A stretch of DNA of 63,661 nt, counting the filler, from Octopus bimaculoides (Eukaryota), in assembly GCF_001194135.2 (NCBI RefSeq). It is 5 parts of 5 records of this genome, joined end to end, with 100 filler letters (N's around TTAATTAATTAA, not from the genome) between each part and the next. Parts side by side here need not be neighbours in the genome. Positions count along the whole stretch, not along the records: positions 42,263 to 54,180 come from NC_068985.1; positions 54,281 to 63,661 come from NC_068995.1; 3 more parts are not named here. One strand, given 5' to 3'. Below are positions 50,423-63,661 of this stretch, one piece after another; position 1 is the first letter of the stretch, and every line of letters begins with the position of its first letter. The notes under the pieces were generated by a model that did no database searches, was not told where the DNA came from, and worked only from the letters and a program-made list of their open reading frames with translations. Made by a program: the position numbers and the translations under genes.

Positions 50423-50930
50423 TTGGCTTTTGTTGACTTGGAGAAAGTTTTTGACAGAGTCCGCCGATCCCTTATCTGGTGGACAATGTTGAAACTAAGG
50501 ATAGATGAGTGGTTGTACAGGGACGCTACCAGTAAGTTGAGGGTGGGCAACGAGTACAGTGAAGAATTCAGGGTACAAGTAGGGGTCCACCAAAGATTGA
50601 TGCTCAGTTCCCTCTTGTTCATCATAGTCCTCCAGGTAATAAAAGAGGAATTCAAGACAGGCTGCCCCTGGGAGCTCCTCTATGCTGGTGATCTTGCTCG
50701 TATAGCTGAATCACAACCTGAACTAGAGAAGTTCCAAGTATAGAAGCAAGGTCTAGAATCAAAGGGCCTTAGCATTAACCTAGCAAAAACCAAAGTCATA
50801 TTAAGTAGGAAGGCAGACAAATCATAAACCCCTTCAAGTAGATGGCCCTGCTCAATCTGAAGAAAATGTGTAGGTAGAAACTCCATAAGATGCACCCAGT
50901 GTAAGCTTTGGACACATAAAAGGTGTGTGG
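50417..50930 (+). mobile_element. RTE LINE reverse transcriptase fragment (pseudogene)
   Basis: YLAFVDLEKVFDRV...VQVGVHQRLMLSSLLFIIVL...WELLYAGDLA (degenerate YADD). Homologous to 26750-27400. Confidence 0.9.
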
Positions 50931-51267
50931 CGGATGAGAGGGGAGAACAGGGAAGGAAGGAGAAAGGTAACATGCTCAGACTGCTGTTGCTACACATACA
51001 CACACACACATCACTTCAAGACCTCAGTTTATACTTATACTATATTTGTATGTACCCTCAAATTATATTGCATATCTATATTTGTATAGTCCTTACTTCT
51101 GCATTCATCACCCAATGACTTTGCTATCCAACTATTTCCGAAGAAAGAATGTAATTAACTGATTCTATATGATACTAGCTTAGAGACCAACAGTTTATAT
51201 CCTATTACTGGCATTGTGGCCAAAACATATGATTTTCAAACTGCCCGCTATTATATAAAAAACTATC

Positions 51268-51858
51268 GGATCTTTTTTAAAATGGGGGCCACATTTTTCA
51301 TTAATGTTTTATGTAGTGTTTTTGGTACCGAAAGACTTTCAAACTTCGTATACTTATCTATTTTGTGTTGTAGAACAGAAAAATATTTTTGGATTCAAAT
51401 TTATTTCATGTAAAAAATTGTCTTATTTCGATAATTTCAACCAATCACTGACGTCCATTCAGCCGATGTACATTAAGTGCCGACTACATAAACAAACGAT
51501 TCTTCGTTTTATTTGCTTTTTTCATTTTAAATTTGCTTTAACCCTAACCCTAACCCTAACCCTAACCCTAACCCTAGGGTTAGGGTTAGGGTTAGAGTTA
51601 GGGTTAGGGTTAGAGTTAATTGTTTCAGAATCGTTTGTTTATGTAGTCGGCATTTAATGTATATCGGCTGAATGGACGTCAGTGATTGGTTGAAATTACA
51701 GAAATACAACAACTTTAACATGGAATAATTTATGGATTTCTTCTTTTTTTTAAGAAGACTAAGAGAAAAAGATGTTTTATATGACACATTCTACCAGTGT
51801 TCCAAGTTTCAAAGTGTTTCGTTAATGAAAAATGTGGCCCCCGTTTTAAAAAAGATCC
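51268..51858. mobile_element. Non-autonomous DNA transposon (MITE) with an 8-bp TSD and a central telomeric-repeat palindrome
   Basis: AAACTATC TSD at 51260-51267 and 51859-51866. TIR GGATCTTTTTTAAAA.GGGG.CCACATTTTTCATTAA. Inner inverted arms at 51431-51505 and 51628-51697. Centre (TAACCC)6-TAGGG(TTAGRG)n at 51539-51618. Confidence 0.88.
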
Positions 51859-53066
51859 AAACTATCAAATGACTTACACTAAATATTGACAATATTGTTA
51901 TATGTTATACTTTGCTGATGAGATGAAATAAAGCTAAAGCATGTCCTTTGGAGTTGTTACCATATTGCCAAGATCAGGCTTATTCTCCAAAGCATTGTTT
52001 ACAGTCTATTTTTATTTAACTTTAATGAACTAAAATTTGGGAGCTTACTACATTAAAAATATTATTACCGGCCTTATCATTTAATATATAAACCATTTGG
52101 TTGAACCAAAGCTGATGAGATATAATTAAATTGAAATTAAGATACTCCAATTATTAGAACTATATTTTCTCCCTTGAGTTCATATAATCTGAGAATTATT
52201 TTAGACAAAGGCTAGAAATACAATCTGATAAGTGTTTGGTGCAGATGTGTCAGAAAGAATACTAAAAATAATTACTCAATAGTCATAAAACAATTCTATT
52301 GTAGGATACTACCTTTGTTTTCAGCTGTATAATCACTAATAATAAACTTTGATCACAATGTTAAAATTCTAAGGATTGAAATTTAACAATACACTGTTTC
52401 AATTACTGAATGATACTTTGTAGGTTTATCAGTAAACTTCTTTGGATAACAACTGATTAAATGCTGGACTGTAAAGTCCCAGTTTTTGATTGACTTTTTC
52501 TTGTGGGTGAGAGGGGATTGTGTGTNNNNNNNNNNNNNNNNNNNNNNNNNNNNNNNNNNNNNNNNNNNNNNNNNNNNNNNNNNNNNNNNNNNNNNNNNNN
52601 NNNNNNNNNNNNNNNNNNNNNNNNNNNNNNNNNNNNNNNNNNNNNNNNNNNNNNNNNNNNNNNNNNNNNNNNNNNNNNNNNNNNNNNNNNNNNNNNNNNN
52701 NNNNNNNNNNNNNNNNNNNNNNNNNNNNNNNNNNNNNNNNNNNNNNNNNNNNNNNNNNNNNNNNNNNNNNNNNNNNNNNNNNNNNNNNNNNNNNNNNNNN
52801 NNNNNNNNNNNNNNNNNNNNNNNNNNNNNNNNNNNNNNNNNNNNNNNNNNNNNNNNNNNNNNNNNNNNNNNNNNNNNNNNNNNNNNNNNNNNNNNNNNNN
52901 NNNNNNNNNNNNNNNNNNNNNNNNNNNNNNNNNNNNNNNNNNNNNNNNNNNNNNNNNNNNNTCTCTCTCCTCTCTCTCTTTATGTCTTCCATTTTTTCTG
53001 CATCCCCTTTTTTGCGTCTACTCAATCAATTCTACAAATCCAACATCCTTTAATGATTTTAACAAA

Positions 53067-53883
53067 CAGAGTGTTCAAACTAAATTTGATGATGTTTTAC
53101 GTCTCCTTTTTTGAGAAACAGCTTGATGTATTGGTGAACATTTAATGGCATTAAAGAGCATAAAGATTAAAGTTGTAGTTGAGGAAAAGTTAGCTGACAT
53201 GGAGGACTGGAAGCTGTCTAAATATTGGAAAAGATTACCTGTGTCATGATGATTTGCACTGGATATCAAAATGCCAACATCATGACTGTTGCTCAATGTT
53301 TTGTGATCACTGTAAAGGTTGTAATATATGACATGGACAGCTTCAATGGAGACTATGAAGCTGTGACCAGCAGGAAAGTATACAACAGGCATTCAGACTG
53401 TATCTAAATATCGAAATTCATCCAACAGCATGGGACAGAGCTTTAGGCTCAATTTAGACAGCTATGTGAAACTGCTGAAGATCATAGTCAAACTCTGGCT
53501 GGTGAGGGTTGCTGCTGGAAGGCCATATGTGTGGCAGTAGGATTTGGTTCTTTGCTATATCTCCAGAAAGTGTCAGAAATGGTGGTCAGAGAATTTCTAG
53601 GACTTCACCAGCCCCAATTTCTAGCCTCCTAATTTCCTTATGTGCAATCCTGAAACACCAAGACTGAGCTGATGGTCAAAACTAAGATGATGTTCAAAAA
53701 TCTTCCCAAAGACACAGTGAGGAACATATGTGTCCAGTTCCAGAGCCGTTTTGTGGCCGTGCGGGAAACAGGGTGACTATTTTTAGTAAACTGTTATTTG
53801 CCAGTCATAATCTAGTTAATATCTAGGATGTAATGTCTTCCTCTCCTATTATGCAAACTGTCAAATTTAGCCCCAACACCCTG
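53067..53883 (+). mobile_element. Tc1/mariner-superfamily (maT-like) element, internally deleted and decayed
   Basis: Imperfect TIRs CAGAGTGTTCAAACTAAATTTGA / TCAAATTTAGCCCCAACACCCTG|TA. Transposase remnant LNLDSYVKLL...LWLVRVAAGRPYVWQ*D...QKWWSENF*DFTSPNF*PPN. Confidence 0.85.
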
Positions 53884-54052
53884 TAGAACAAAATCACAAA
53901 TTTTGAGAAACAAGATAAGTAAAAGTGAATTTAATCAGCCCCCTATATTTTACTGGTAGTTGTTTTATAAATGTAAGAGTGCAGTATAGTGCCAGGCTGA
54001 CCAAATCCTTGTAAATGAATGGCTGATGGAAACTGAAAGGAGCACATACTAT

Positions 54053-54087
<35 letters not shown>

Positions 54088-54414
54088 GGCACAGGAGTGG
54101 CTGTGTGGTAAGTAGCTTGCTTACCAACCACATGGTTCCAGGTTCAGTCTCACTGTGTGGCACCTTGGGCTAGTGTCTTCNNNNNNNNNNNNNNNNNNNN
54201 NNNNNNNNNNNNNNNNNNNNNNNNTTAATTAATTAANNNNNNNNNNNNNNNNNNNNNNNNNNNNNNNNNNNNNNNNNNNNTACCCATATATGCATGTATG
54301 TATACATATAGATGTAGGTATGTATGTATATATATGTATGGATATATGCATATATGTATATATTATTTATGTTATTATATGATAGAATGCCACGCATCCG
54401 TCTCCAAGTAAGTT

Positions 54415-54490
<76 letters not shown>

Positions 54491-55537
54491 ATGTATGTAT
54501 ATATATAGGCGCGCTGAAAAGTTAGACTGATTAGAGACTCCGATAAATGCATAACAGCACTGTTCCGTTTCTCTTCGCTCTGAGAGATCGAATCTCACTG
54601 AAGTGAATTTGCTTTCATTCTTTCGGGTTCGATAAATTCGATACCAACCAGGGCAGTGAATTGGCAGAATTGTTAGAACGTCACATGAGATACATTCCGG
54701 CTCTGTTCCGGCTTATATATGTGTGTGTATGTATATATGTGTGTGTATGTATATATGTAAGTATGCATGTATGTATGTATGCATGTATTTATTTATGCAT
54801 GTATATGTGTATGTATGTGTGTATGTATGTAATGGGTAGTGTGTTTCTTAACAATTTTGATTATAATATCATCGCTAAAGATTTCTGATTATATGTTAGA
54901 TTTCAAACTGCTTAGCGGATCCTATCCATCCTAGAACTACATGCAATGAGTTGAATCCAGCTGTGCCAACCAAACATTTGATGTCAATTTTATGCTTACA
55001 AACCTGAAATTTGCTGCATACGTCAATTTCATGGAAATTAGCGTCGAAATTTTGCACCACCTTTTGGCTACCATTGAAAAGTGAGATGATGTTTACATGT
55101 CTTGATTGTAGGCGCCAACGTAGCACTGGAGATAGGATAGAATTGGTTTTCCTCAATCTAATGATGCTTCTTCGCACTCACACACGAATACACATATAAC
55201 ACAAAAAAACACAGACACACACAGAGACACACACAAACATACACAAACGCACACAGAGACACACAGACACACAGACACACGTACACATATGCTATGTCTG
55301 GTTTAAAAAGCCACATCAGATGCCATAATGATTCTAAGGTGTAGGTACAGGACGTGGTCAAATTCTGCACAAGGAGTAGACAACCCCCACATAGGCATGT
55401 ATGTATATAAATTTATATATATATATATATCATTGTTCTTTACAATGAAATGGACATTTAAGGGCATATGATTTCAGCTTTAGAGAAAACCTCTCACTAT
55501 GTTCTGATATATACAATACATACGATATGTATCTCTC

Positions 55538-55615
<78 letters not shown>

Positions 55616-57948
55616 TCTATCTATCTATCTATCTATGCATGCTTGTATGTATATATCACATACCACCTTTTATACTCTGTCATCTTATCTTAAAATATAT
55701 TTAAAATGTTATCTTAAATCTATTGTGATCACGTATTGCAGTAGGCTCCCTGCCTCTAATCAGTTATGTTTACTTGACATCTTACTAGAGATCGGATGCT
55801 AGAAGCCATTGTTTGCTAAGCTCTTTGGCACCTCCAGATGCTAATTTTAAATTACGGTTATATTAAACAGAAATGAAATAATGTATGTTGTCAGCCACTC
55901 TTCGGAGCTGAAGTAGACGTTCCTCTCTGTGCGACATGTTATCTGCTCTTTCAGGTTTATTAAATGGAATTTCTCATCAAAGATGCACTGTCATCAAACC
56001 GCGAGAAGCAAGAGTTAATATACTGCGACTACAATGGCCATATTTAATCTAGTTACACTATTTAGCACTTCAGCAAGGAAAGTGAGATTCTTCAAGAGAA
56101 GACATCCAGATTTCGCGTTAGGCTAAAACAAATAGAATTATCGACAGATGGCATCTGGTTCCATTAGCGAATAGTCACATTAGTTATTGTAGTTTTAGAA
56201 ATTCACATTGAACAAATAGGTTTCACTTGATATTCTGGTCAGGCTAATGGAAGTCAACATTAAGTTAAATAGACATTTGCTAACAGCAAACATTCCAAAG
56301 TTACCCAAATATATCCTTAACGCCTTCTTGTATTATTCGCGTATTTTACTTTCAATTACTTTCCAGTTTTACATTATATTAAAAAAAAAATAATAAGTCG
56401 CCATTTTCCTACTTTAGTAAGTTAAGTTTTTATGCAACGACCCTTAGGGACAACAATGTAACGTTAAAAAAAAAAACGTAAGATATTTATCACCGAGCAA
56501 TATTGTAAAGACAGTTTAGAATTACCGTAATCTATCATTCTATTTTCAAAACTAAATATATTGATTTCTTACTTCGGCATAAATGCAATAAATAAGTAAA
56601 TGATAATAAAAAAATAAAATGTAGAAGTGGGGCATAGACGATTAAATATAAATACATCCTAAGACCCGAGGACTTCGTGACGTTAAGCGGATAAGAGTGA
56701 AATCTTGCCTAGCGCAAGTGACATTTCCAGAGAACTGCGTTTATTTGCCCAATAGCTAGCTGAATGAGATAATGTAGAATTGAGTAGAAATAATGTAAAT
56801 GAAATATAAATGTCTATTAAGCTGGAGGGGATTTCGAGACAAATGGTTAGCTCCAGCATTACGGTATTTGCTAGATGAAAAATTAATCGCCTTCTTGGAC
56901 GAGAGGCTGGTCTCCTGCTACCTAGCATCATCTGATTATCTTGTAAGCTGTTGTTGTCGTGGTTGTCGTTCGTAATATTATTTTGGCTTGGTTCAGTGTC
57001 GTTCCTGATCAAGTACAACTATGATCACAGGCTTTACAACGGTGACCATCATGCCTGTTTAGGGGTAAGCTGTGACTAAAGGATTCAACAAGTCGAGTCC
57101 TTATTCAAAGATACTACAAGACGATTTGAGAAACACCTGGTTGCTTTCTGTAACATGTCGAGCGACCATTCTCGTTAGCTGCACATTGTATTCCTAAATG
57201 TTGCGTGAAATGAGGTTGAATGGAATGTCTTTTGCGCATGAGCATAAAAGTACTTCAATAGGAACTGAACACTTGTGATATATGGGTAGACAGTATATGT
57301 TATGATATATTACCTCTACATCAGAAAGCCAAATTATACTCTTATATATACATACATGTGTGCGTGTGTGTTTCTAATACTTCTCTGCTCTAAAACCAAA
57401 CATCTAATATAACAAATTAAATGACGTGATATTATCTGTTATTATCAGCATACGATTGTATTGTGAATAATGATAAATTCATTAGAATCTGTCTATATAT
57501 CTGGATTTCCAATATTATTTTAATATATCGTACGATATCTGAATCAGTTATAAGCATATTACGGTAATTTTAAAATCTTGTACCACGACCAACAGTGACA
57601 CAAGTTCTGGCACTCTTTTATATAAACCCAAGTAAATTTCCTACTGAAATCAGCTAGTAATAGATCAATTGCTAGGATTGACTAATTACCGAATTAGCGC
57701 GCGCGCACACACACACACACTCACACACCACAAACACCACCACCACCACCACCACCACCACCNNNNNNNNNNNNNNNNNNNNNNNNNNNNNNNNNNNNNN
57801 NNNACCGCCACCACCGCCACCGCCACCATCACCACCACATGCACCAGCACCACCACCACCACATACATATATATACGAGAGGTTTCTTTCAGTTTCTTTC
57901 TACGAAGTCTACTCACATATCTTTATATATATATATTTATAAGGCAAA

Positions 57949-58404
57949 CTTAGAATTAATAGGGTATATAATACCACTTGCTAAAATCAGAGTCAAGGCT
58001 CCAAAACCTACATAAACTCGCAGTAAAGATACATATGAGCAATGCAATAAACATAGAAAGAGGCTTACCCTTGCGTTGAACACATCAGTAAGTAATGTGT
58101 GTTTCAAAACCAATTGATTTCACCATCTGTATGACCAACATACTCTGGGATCTTCAGTTGAAAATAACGTTTTAACATCAATTTCTAAAATATTCACTAC
58201 ATTAGCTCGTGCGCGTTCCTTAATTTAAACGTCCCGCACCGTTTAAGAGAGAACTATTTTGAGCAAGAATAAATTTTAAATAAAGATGTATTATCGCCGT
58301 TATTAATGGTATTAATAAAGTAATAACAAGGTGAGTTTACGGTGGCTTTGGAGCCTTGGCCCTGACTTTAGCAAGTCGTATTGTATACCCCTACTGATTC
58401 TAAA
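57949..58404. repeat. ~75-bp inverted repeats bracketing a hammerhead-like motif
   Basis: 57949-58022 is the reverse complement of 58329-58404 (tagaat...gggtata.aatac.acttgctaaa.tcag.g.caaggctccaaa). Confidence 0.75.
58102..58163 (-). ncRNA. Hammerhead-like motif with extended stem II
   Basis: Minus strand TTTCAA-CTGAAGA-tcccagaGTATGttggtCATACagatggt-GAAA-TCAATTGG-TT-TTGAAA. 6-bp stem I, palindromic stem III, intact core. Confidence 0.65.
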
Positions 58405-59023
58405 TTTACCTTATATTGCGCCTGCAACGGGGTGAACTTGCTTGTCAGCTTATTATTACCTTATTAATACCATAAATAACGGTAATAATACATCTTTATT
58501 TAATATATANNNNNNNNNNNNNNNNNNNNNNNNNNNNNNNNNNNNNNNNNNNNNNNNNNNNNNNNNNNNNNNNNNNNNNNNNNNNNNNNNNNNNNNNNNN
58601 NNNNNNNNNNNNNNNNNNNNNNNNNNNNNNNNNNNNNNNNNNNNNNNNNNNNNNNNNNNNNNNNNNNNNNNNNNNNNNNNNNNNNNNNNNNNNNNNNNNN
58701 NNNNNNNNNNNNNNNNNNNNNNNNNNNNNNNNNNNNNNNNNNNNNNNNNNNNNNNNNNNNNNNNNNNNNNNNNNNNNNNNNNNNNNNNNNNNNNNNNNNN
58801 NNNNNNNNNNNNNNNNNNNNNNNNNNNNNNNNNNNNNNNNNTAAAACAGTAACTCTGATTTGGGACTTGATTTTCTTGTTGGTAGGGGTGTAACAAAACT
58901 ACACGCACATTCATGTATACATACTCACAAATATATACACACACACATGGTTATATATAAAAGATTGAATACAAATTGACAGAGGTGAAAATTAAATACA
59001 TACATACATACATACATGCATAC

Positions 59024-59073
<50 letters not shown>

Positions 59074-60289
59074 GTATATAAGTTAAAGAGAGAATATACG
59101 GTGTGTGCTTTTTTTCGGATGGTTAGAATCTGAGGCCAGCTTAAGGTCAGTTCACAATGCTATCTATATTTCCTTTAAGTAAAACACACACATACACATA
59201 TACAGGCATATACATTTACTTGCATAAATAAACGGCATACACCCATTTAAAGCTTTAAATATGAAAAAGAAAAGAAAAAGAAAAAGAGGAATCAAGTAGA
59301 ATAAAGAGAAGAGACGAGTAGGAGAAAGATATAGACACATACCTCACACATACAAACACGTACACATACAAACACACACATACAGACCCACACACATAGA
59401 CATATTTATATATAAATGTATATGGAGATAAAGAAGTGCATTCTGACGCAGGAAATAGTATAGGAGAGTTGGCTTGTGGGGGAATGGGATTGGAAATGCA
59501 AAGGAGTCTTAAAACGAATGGTAGGCTTTCAAATTTGGTAACATATGTATTAAATGGGTTCAACAGCTGTTTGCTTTTTCAAAGGTCAATAAAAGAAAGC
59601 GAGATTGAAAGTAAAAGGGAAAATACAGAAGATCGTGCTTAAAAAATAAATTTCACAAAGGTGTAAGAAGCTGGCTTCCCGACTACATTGGTTCCAGTTT
59701 CAAACCCACTGCATGGCACCTTGGGAAAGTGTCTTATGAACGGATTTTGTAGACGGAGACTGAAAGAAATACGTCGTGTGTGTGTATGTCTGAGTATGTG
59801 TGTGGGTGAGTGTGTGTCTATGTGTATATATGTATATATATATATGTGTGTTTGTGCGTGTGTATGTGTGTATCATGTTCACTCACGTCATTAGACGACG
59901 TATGAAGGCACTGAAGTTTCTTGCTGCACAACCGCACATGATTTGTTTATCGTAATAAAATGTTCGTGTTGCACATAAGCTCACTCCCTCCATCACATTG
60001 AAATTACCTGTACAGGTGTACCGTATGCCACATGTCACATGAAATGATTGCAGAGCAACGTGAAATGAAGTGCTTTGTTGGAGAAAACACAACAGAATGC
60101 CTGGTCAGGGAATCGAAACCATGATCTCGCAATCGTGAATGCAACATCCAAACCACTAAGCGATGTGTGTATGTGTGTTTGTGTGTGTGTGTGTATAACA
60201 CAACCGCTTGTCAGCCGATATGGGTGTGTTTACGTTCGCCTCACTTAACAGCTCGGCAAAATAGGCTAATGTGACACAGTACATAACTG

Positions 60290-60835
60290 TATTTCTTCGG
60301 TCTTCACATTCTGGGTTCAAATAATGCAAATCTGGATTCATCTGATAAAATCACTCTATCCCAAAATGAACTGGATTTTTTCTGACATCACCTTAGCCCA
60401 TTTCTTTCTTTTCATGATATTAGTTGATTGAGGAAGAGGTTTTCTTCTAGCTGCTCGTTTATAATACCGAAACTTATGCAGATATGTAACACACGTTCTT
60501 TGACTAACTTCTAGCTGTTTTGCAATGCCAGAAGCCTTCAACGGGGTTCGTTTTCCACAATTCTCTTCAAACAGTGAAGCTTCCTTTCCGAGGACCCACA
60601 TCGGCCAGGACGAGAATCTGTTGATTCTCAATAGCAAGAGGAATTTGAAGATTTTTCGGCAATTTTCGCTGGCTAAGACCAGCCTCAGATTACCCAACAA
60701 TACGACCTCTTTGAAATTCTGACAGTTCTGTTGAATTTTTTGTGCGTGGCATGCTTACTCTTCGCAAATGTTTAATATAATGGCACCTGGAATGAAAAAA
60801 GAATAATTACATTGTAAATTTTACACCGCTGAAAA
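60290..60835 (-). mobile_element. Tc1-like transposase remnant
   Basis: IAKQLEVSQRTCVTYLHKFRYYKRAARRKPL...KRKKWAK, then after a frameshift DRVILSDESRFALF (first catalytic D motif, FSDES-like). Confidence 0.8.
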
Positions 60836-60894
60836 CATATTAAGACGCTTAGATCAGAAATTTTGAAAATGAAAGGCGTCTATTTACTTCCTAC

Positions 60895-60932
<38 letters not shown>

Positions 60933-61052
60933 NNNNNNNNNNNNNNNNNNNNNNNNNNNNNNNNNNNNNNNNNNNNNNNNNNNNNNNNNNNNNNNNNNNN
61001 NNNNNNNNNNNNNNNNNNNNNNNNNNNNNNNNNNNNNNNNNNNNNNNNNNNN

Positions 61053-61103
<51 letters not shown>

Positions 61104-61982
61104 AATAAACAAGTTCGCTCATATTCCATATCTCAAATACATATATATATATATATCTATGCATGTACACGCACACGCGCACACATACACACGCACACAC
61201 GTATATGTCTATATATGTGTACATATAGATGTATATATGCATATATATATGAATATATCTGTATGTAGAGATATGAGTCTCTATGAAATGCTATATATAT
61301 TTATGCCTATCGTGCTCTTTACATATCCGTGCAGGCGTAATTACTTATGTACGTTGGTCCAAAGATAAATATATTTCTGATGGCAGATAAGAAAGGAAGA
61401 AAATGAAACATAAATACACACACATGCACAAATGTATATATATGTGTGAGTGTGTGTGTTTATGTATATATATATATATACGTTAAGACTTGTCTTTTAA
61501 GGGAAATATGGCAGCTGTCGTTTTCTTGCCATTCGTTTCCCCTACAAATCTCATAACAAAAAAACAAACAAAAAAAGAAATAGATAAATAAAAATAAAAA
61601 TAAAATAAATTAAAAAAAAAGATAAATAAACATAAAAATAAAACACAAATAGCATAAAGATAAAAAATAAAGATAAAATATTATCGATTTTTTCCCTGAT
61701 CTGTCACCTCATCGTTAGCTGTCTGTTTTAGTTATATTATCATTATTATTCTTCCTATTTTTTTTTGTTTTGTGACTTCTTATTTATTTTTTTTTTTACC
61801 TCATCAACGCAACTATTGATTGGTGAAGGCCACTTGTATCTCAACTAGTTAAGCGAACTTTACGATATTAGAAATGACTAGCCGATGGACTTTTATTTTG
61901 CTAACATCATCATTATCCTCATCGGCGTCGTCTTCCTTGCCGCAGTAGTTGTCGACGTCTTCATCATCGTCAGCATCACCAG

Positions 61983-62050
<68 letters not shown>

Positions 62051-62406
62051 CATTATCATAATCATCGTCATTGTCCTCCACTTCCACCTCCTCCCCCTCC
62101 TCTTCGTCCTCCTCGTTATTATTATTGTCGTTTTTTTCTTTTGCTATGATAAGCCTGAATTAGTTTGAAGTTGGGAGATGAAGGAGAAAGAGCCAAAGGG
62201 AGAGAAATAAAGAGAAAGAAAGAGAGAGAGAGAGAGAGAGAGAGTGGGGGAGAAAACTGAAAGAGAAAAGAAAAAGAGAGAGTGAGAAGACGTGACATGA
62301 AAGACATAGAGAAGAAAAATTCTATAAATGTACACAAACACAATCATATATATATATACACGCACACACACACAATAATATACATACAGATACGTGTCTC
62401 TCCCCC

Positions 62407-62441
<35 letters not shown>

Positions 62442-62719
62442 GGGAGAGAGAAAGAGAGAGAGAAACACAGACAGAAAGAGAGAATCACAGTAAGAGCGAA
62501 GAAAGATAGGAACAGAGTAGCGATTGTCAGTGTGTGTAGTGTAGGCCAGAGAGTTAATACTGGATCAATACGGAAGTGACTGTCAGATTTTTGGTGATAA
62601 CCAACAAATCACATGCAATAGACACAGAAACACATGTTGCCCACCTATACACATATGCCCATATATATATATATACATATGTATATATACATATGTATGT
62701 GTATATATATGTGTATATA

Positions 62720-62768
<49 letters not shown>

Positions 62769-63661
62769 CATACACACAAGTGTGTGTGCATGTGATTGTG
62801 AACAGAAACATATGAAAAGGCGGGAGACAGATAACCAGGTAACAAACACACATGCACGCAGGAATACACACACATACACGAACACCTACGCACACATTTT
62901 TCTATGCATATCTATCTATCTATCTATCTATATATATATATATATACACATATATATATATATATATATACAGAGAGCGAGAGAGAGAGCAAGAGAGAGA
63001 GAGAAGCATACAGTCGATACAAAGAACAGAGAGAGAAAGAGAGAGACTGTCATTGATATCAACGCATAGAGCAACATCGCAAATGCATTAGACATATAGA
63101 TATATATAAGATAGTTAATAAATGAGTGATAGATAGACAGATAAATGGATAGTTAGATAGAATTATAAGATAGAGAGAATAGCAGCAGGCAGTTTAGCAC
63201 AATATGAAGGACATAAAAAGTAAAACAGATTTAGAGAGGGCATGAGAAGAGAAAAAACGAAGATAGAATGAGTGAGTGAGAGCAATAATGAAAGGGTATG
63301 ATGATAAATGAACAACGCTAAATTGGCTTCTAGCTGCTTTTGATGAATATTAGTAGCTTGAGATTAGACGTGCGGTGTAATAAATGAGAAAGAAGTGAGC
63401 AGAGAAAGAATAAAAATTAAAAGAAAATGGCTGGGAAGACAGAAAAAAAAATAGAGAGTAAGAGAGAGGGAGAGAAAACAGAGAGAGGCACTGAATCAGA
63501 GAGAGAAAGAGAGAGAAAGAAGAGATAGAGAGAATAAAAGCGAGAGAAGAGAGAGGAGAGATGGAAAGACAATATGATGTAGACACATATACAAACATAT
63601 AGACACATATGCATAATCATGAATATGTATATATATATATATATGTATGTATATATATATA

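Noticed and set aside
51539-51618. Telomere-telomere fusion site
   Set aside because: The orientation is (CCCTAA)n then (TTAGGG)n, the opposite of an end-to-end fusion, and it lies at the centre of a TSD-flanked MITE.
51965-52150. Two CTGATGA...GAAA motifs (about 51974 and 52112)
   Set aside because: Stem I does not pair convincingly and the first has essentially no stem II. Compatible with chance in AT-rich DNA.
56683-57018. 111-aa ORF in non-repetitive sequence
   Set aside because: No recognisable motif or convincing splice signals.
432-63620. Most ORFs in the six-frame track (poly-YI, HT, ER, LS, CV, poly-X)
   Set aside because: They are translations of microsatellites or N gaps, with no splice or homology support.

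Overview
This is a repeat-rich, AT-rich animal genomic scaffold with many N gaps. It is very probably octopus, inferred from the SINE families and the microsatellite load. Nearly all ORFs in the supplied track are artefacts of microsatellites or N runs. One real spliced host gene can be rebuilt on the minus strand from exons 32793-32889 (tentative), 32090-32263, 30196-30288 and 23013-23296. It encodes a ~215 aa Cys-rich protein resembling the DUF4773 family. The rest is transposon debris: a Penelope-like element (RT + GIY-YIG), RTE LINEs, an R4/Dong fragment in an (AAT)n tract, four Tc1/mariner-type remnants, a Helitron helicase fragment, MITEs (one with an 8-bp TSD and a telomere-repeat core) and many tRNA-derived SINEs. 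The most striking unexplained structure is about ten type-I hammerhead-ribozyme-like motifs. Several carry unusually long stem II inserts, and they repeatedly sit in outward-pointing inverted repeats (10.3/13.4 kb, 19.9/21.0 kb, 24.0/25.8 kb, 58.0/58.4 kb), an architecture consistent with inverted pseudo-LTRs of Penelope-like elements. All calls were made by eye; no database searches or folding programs were run.
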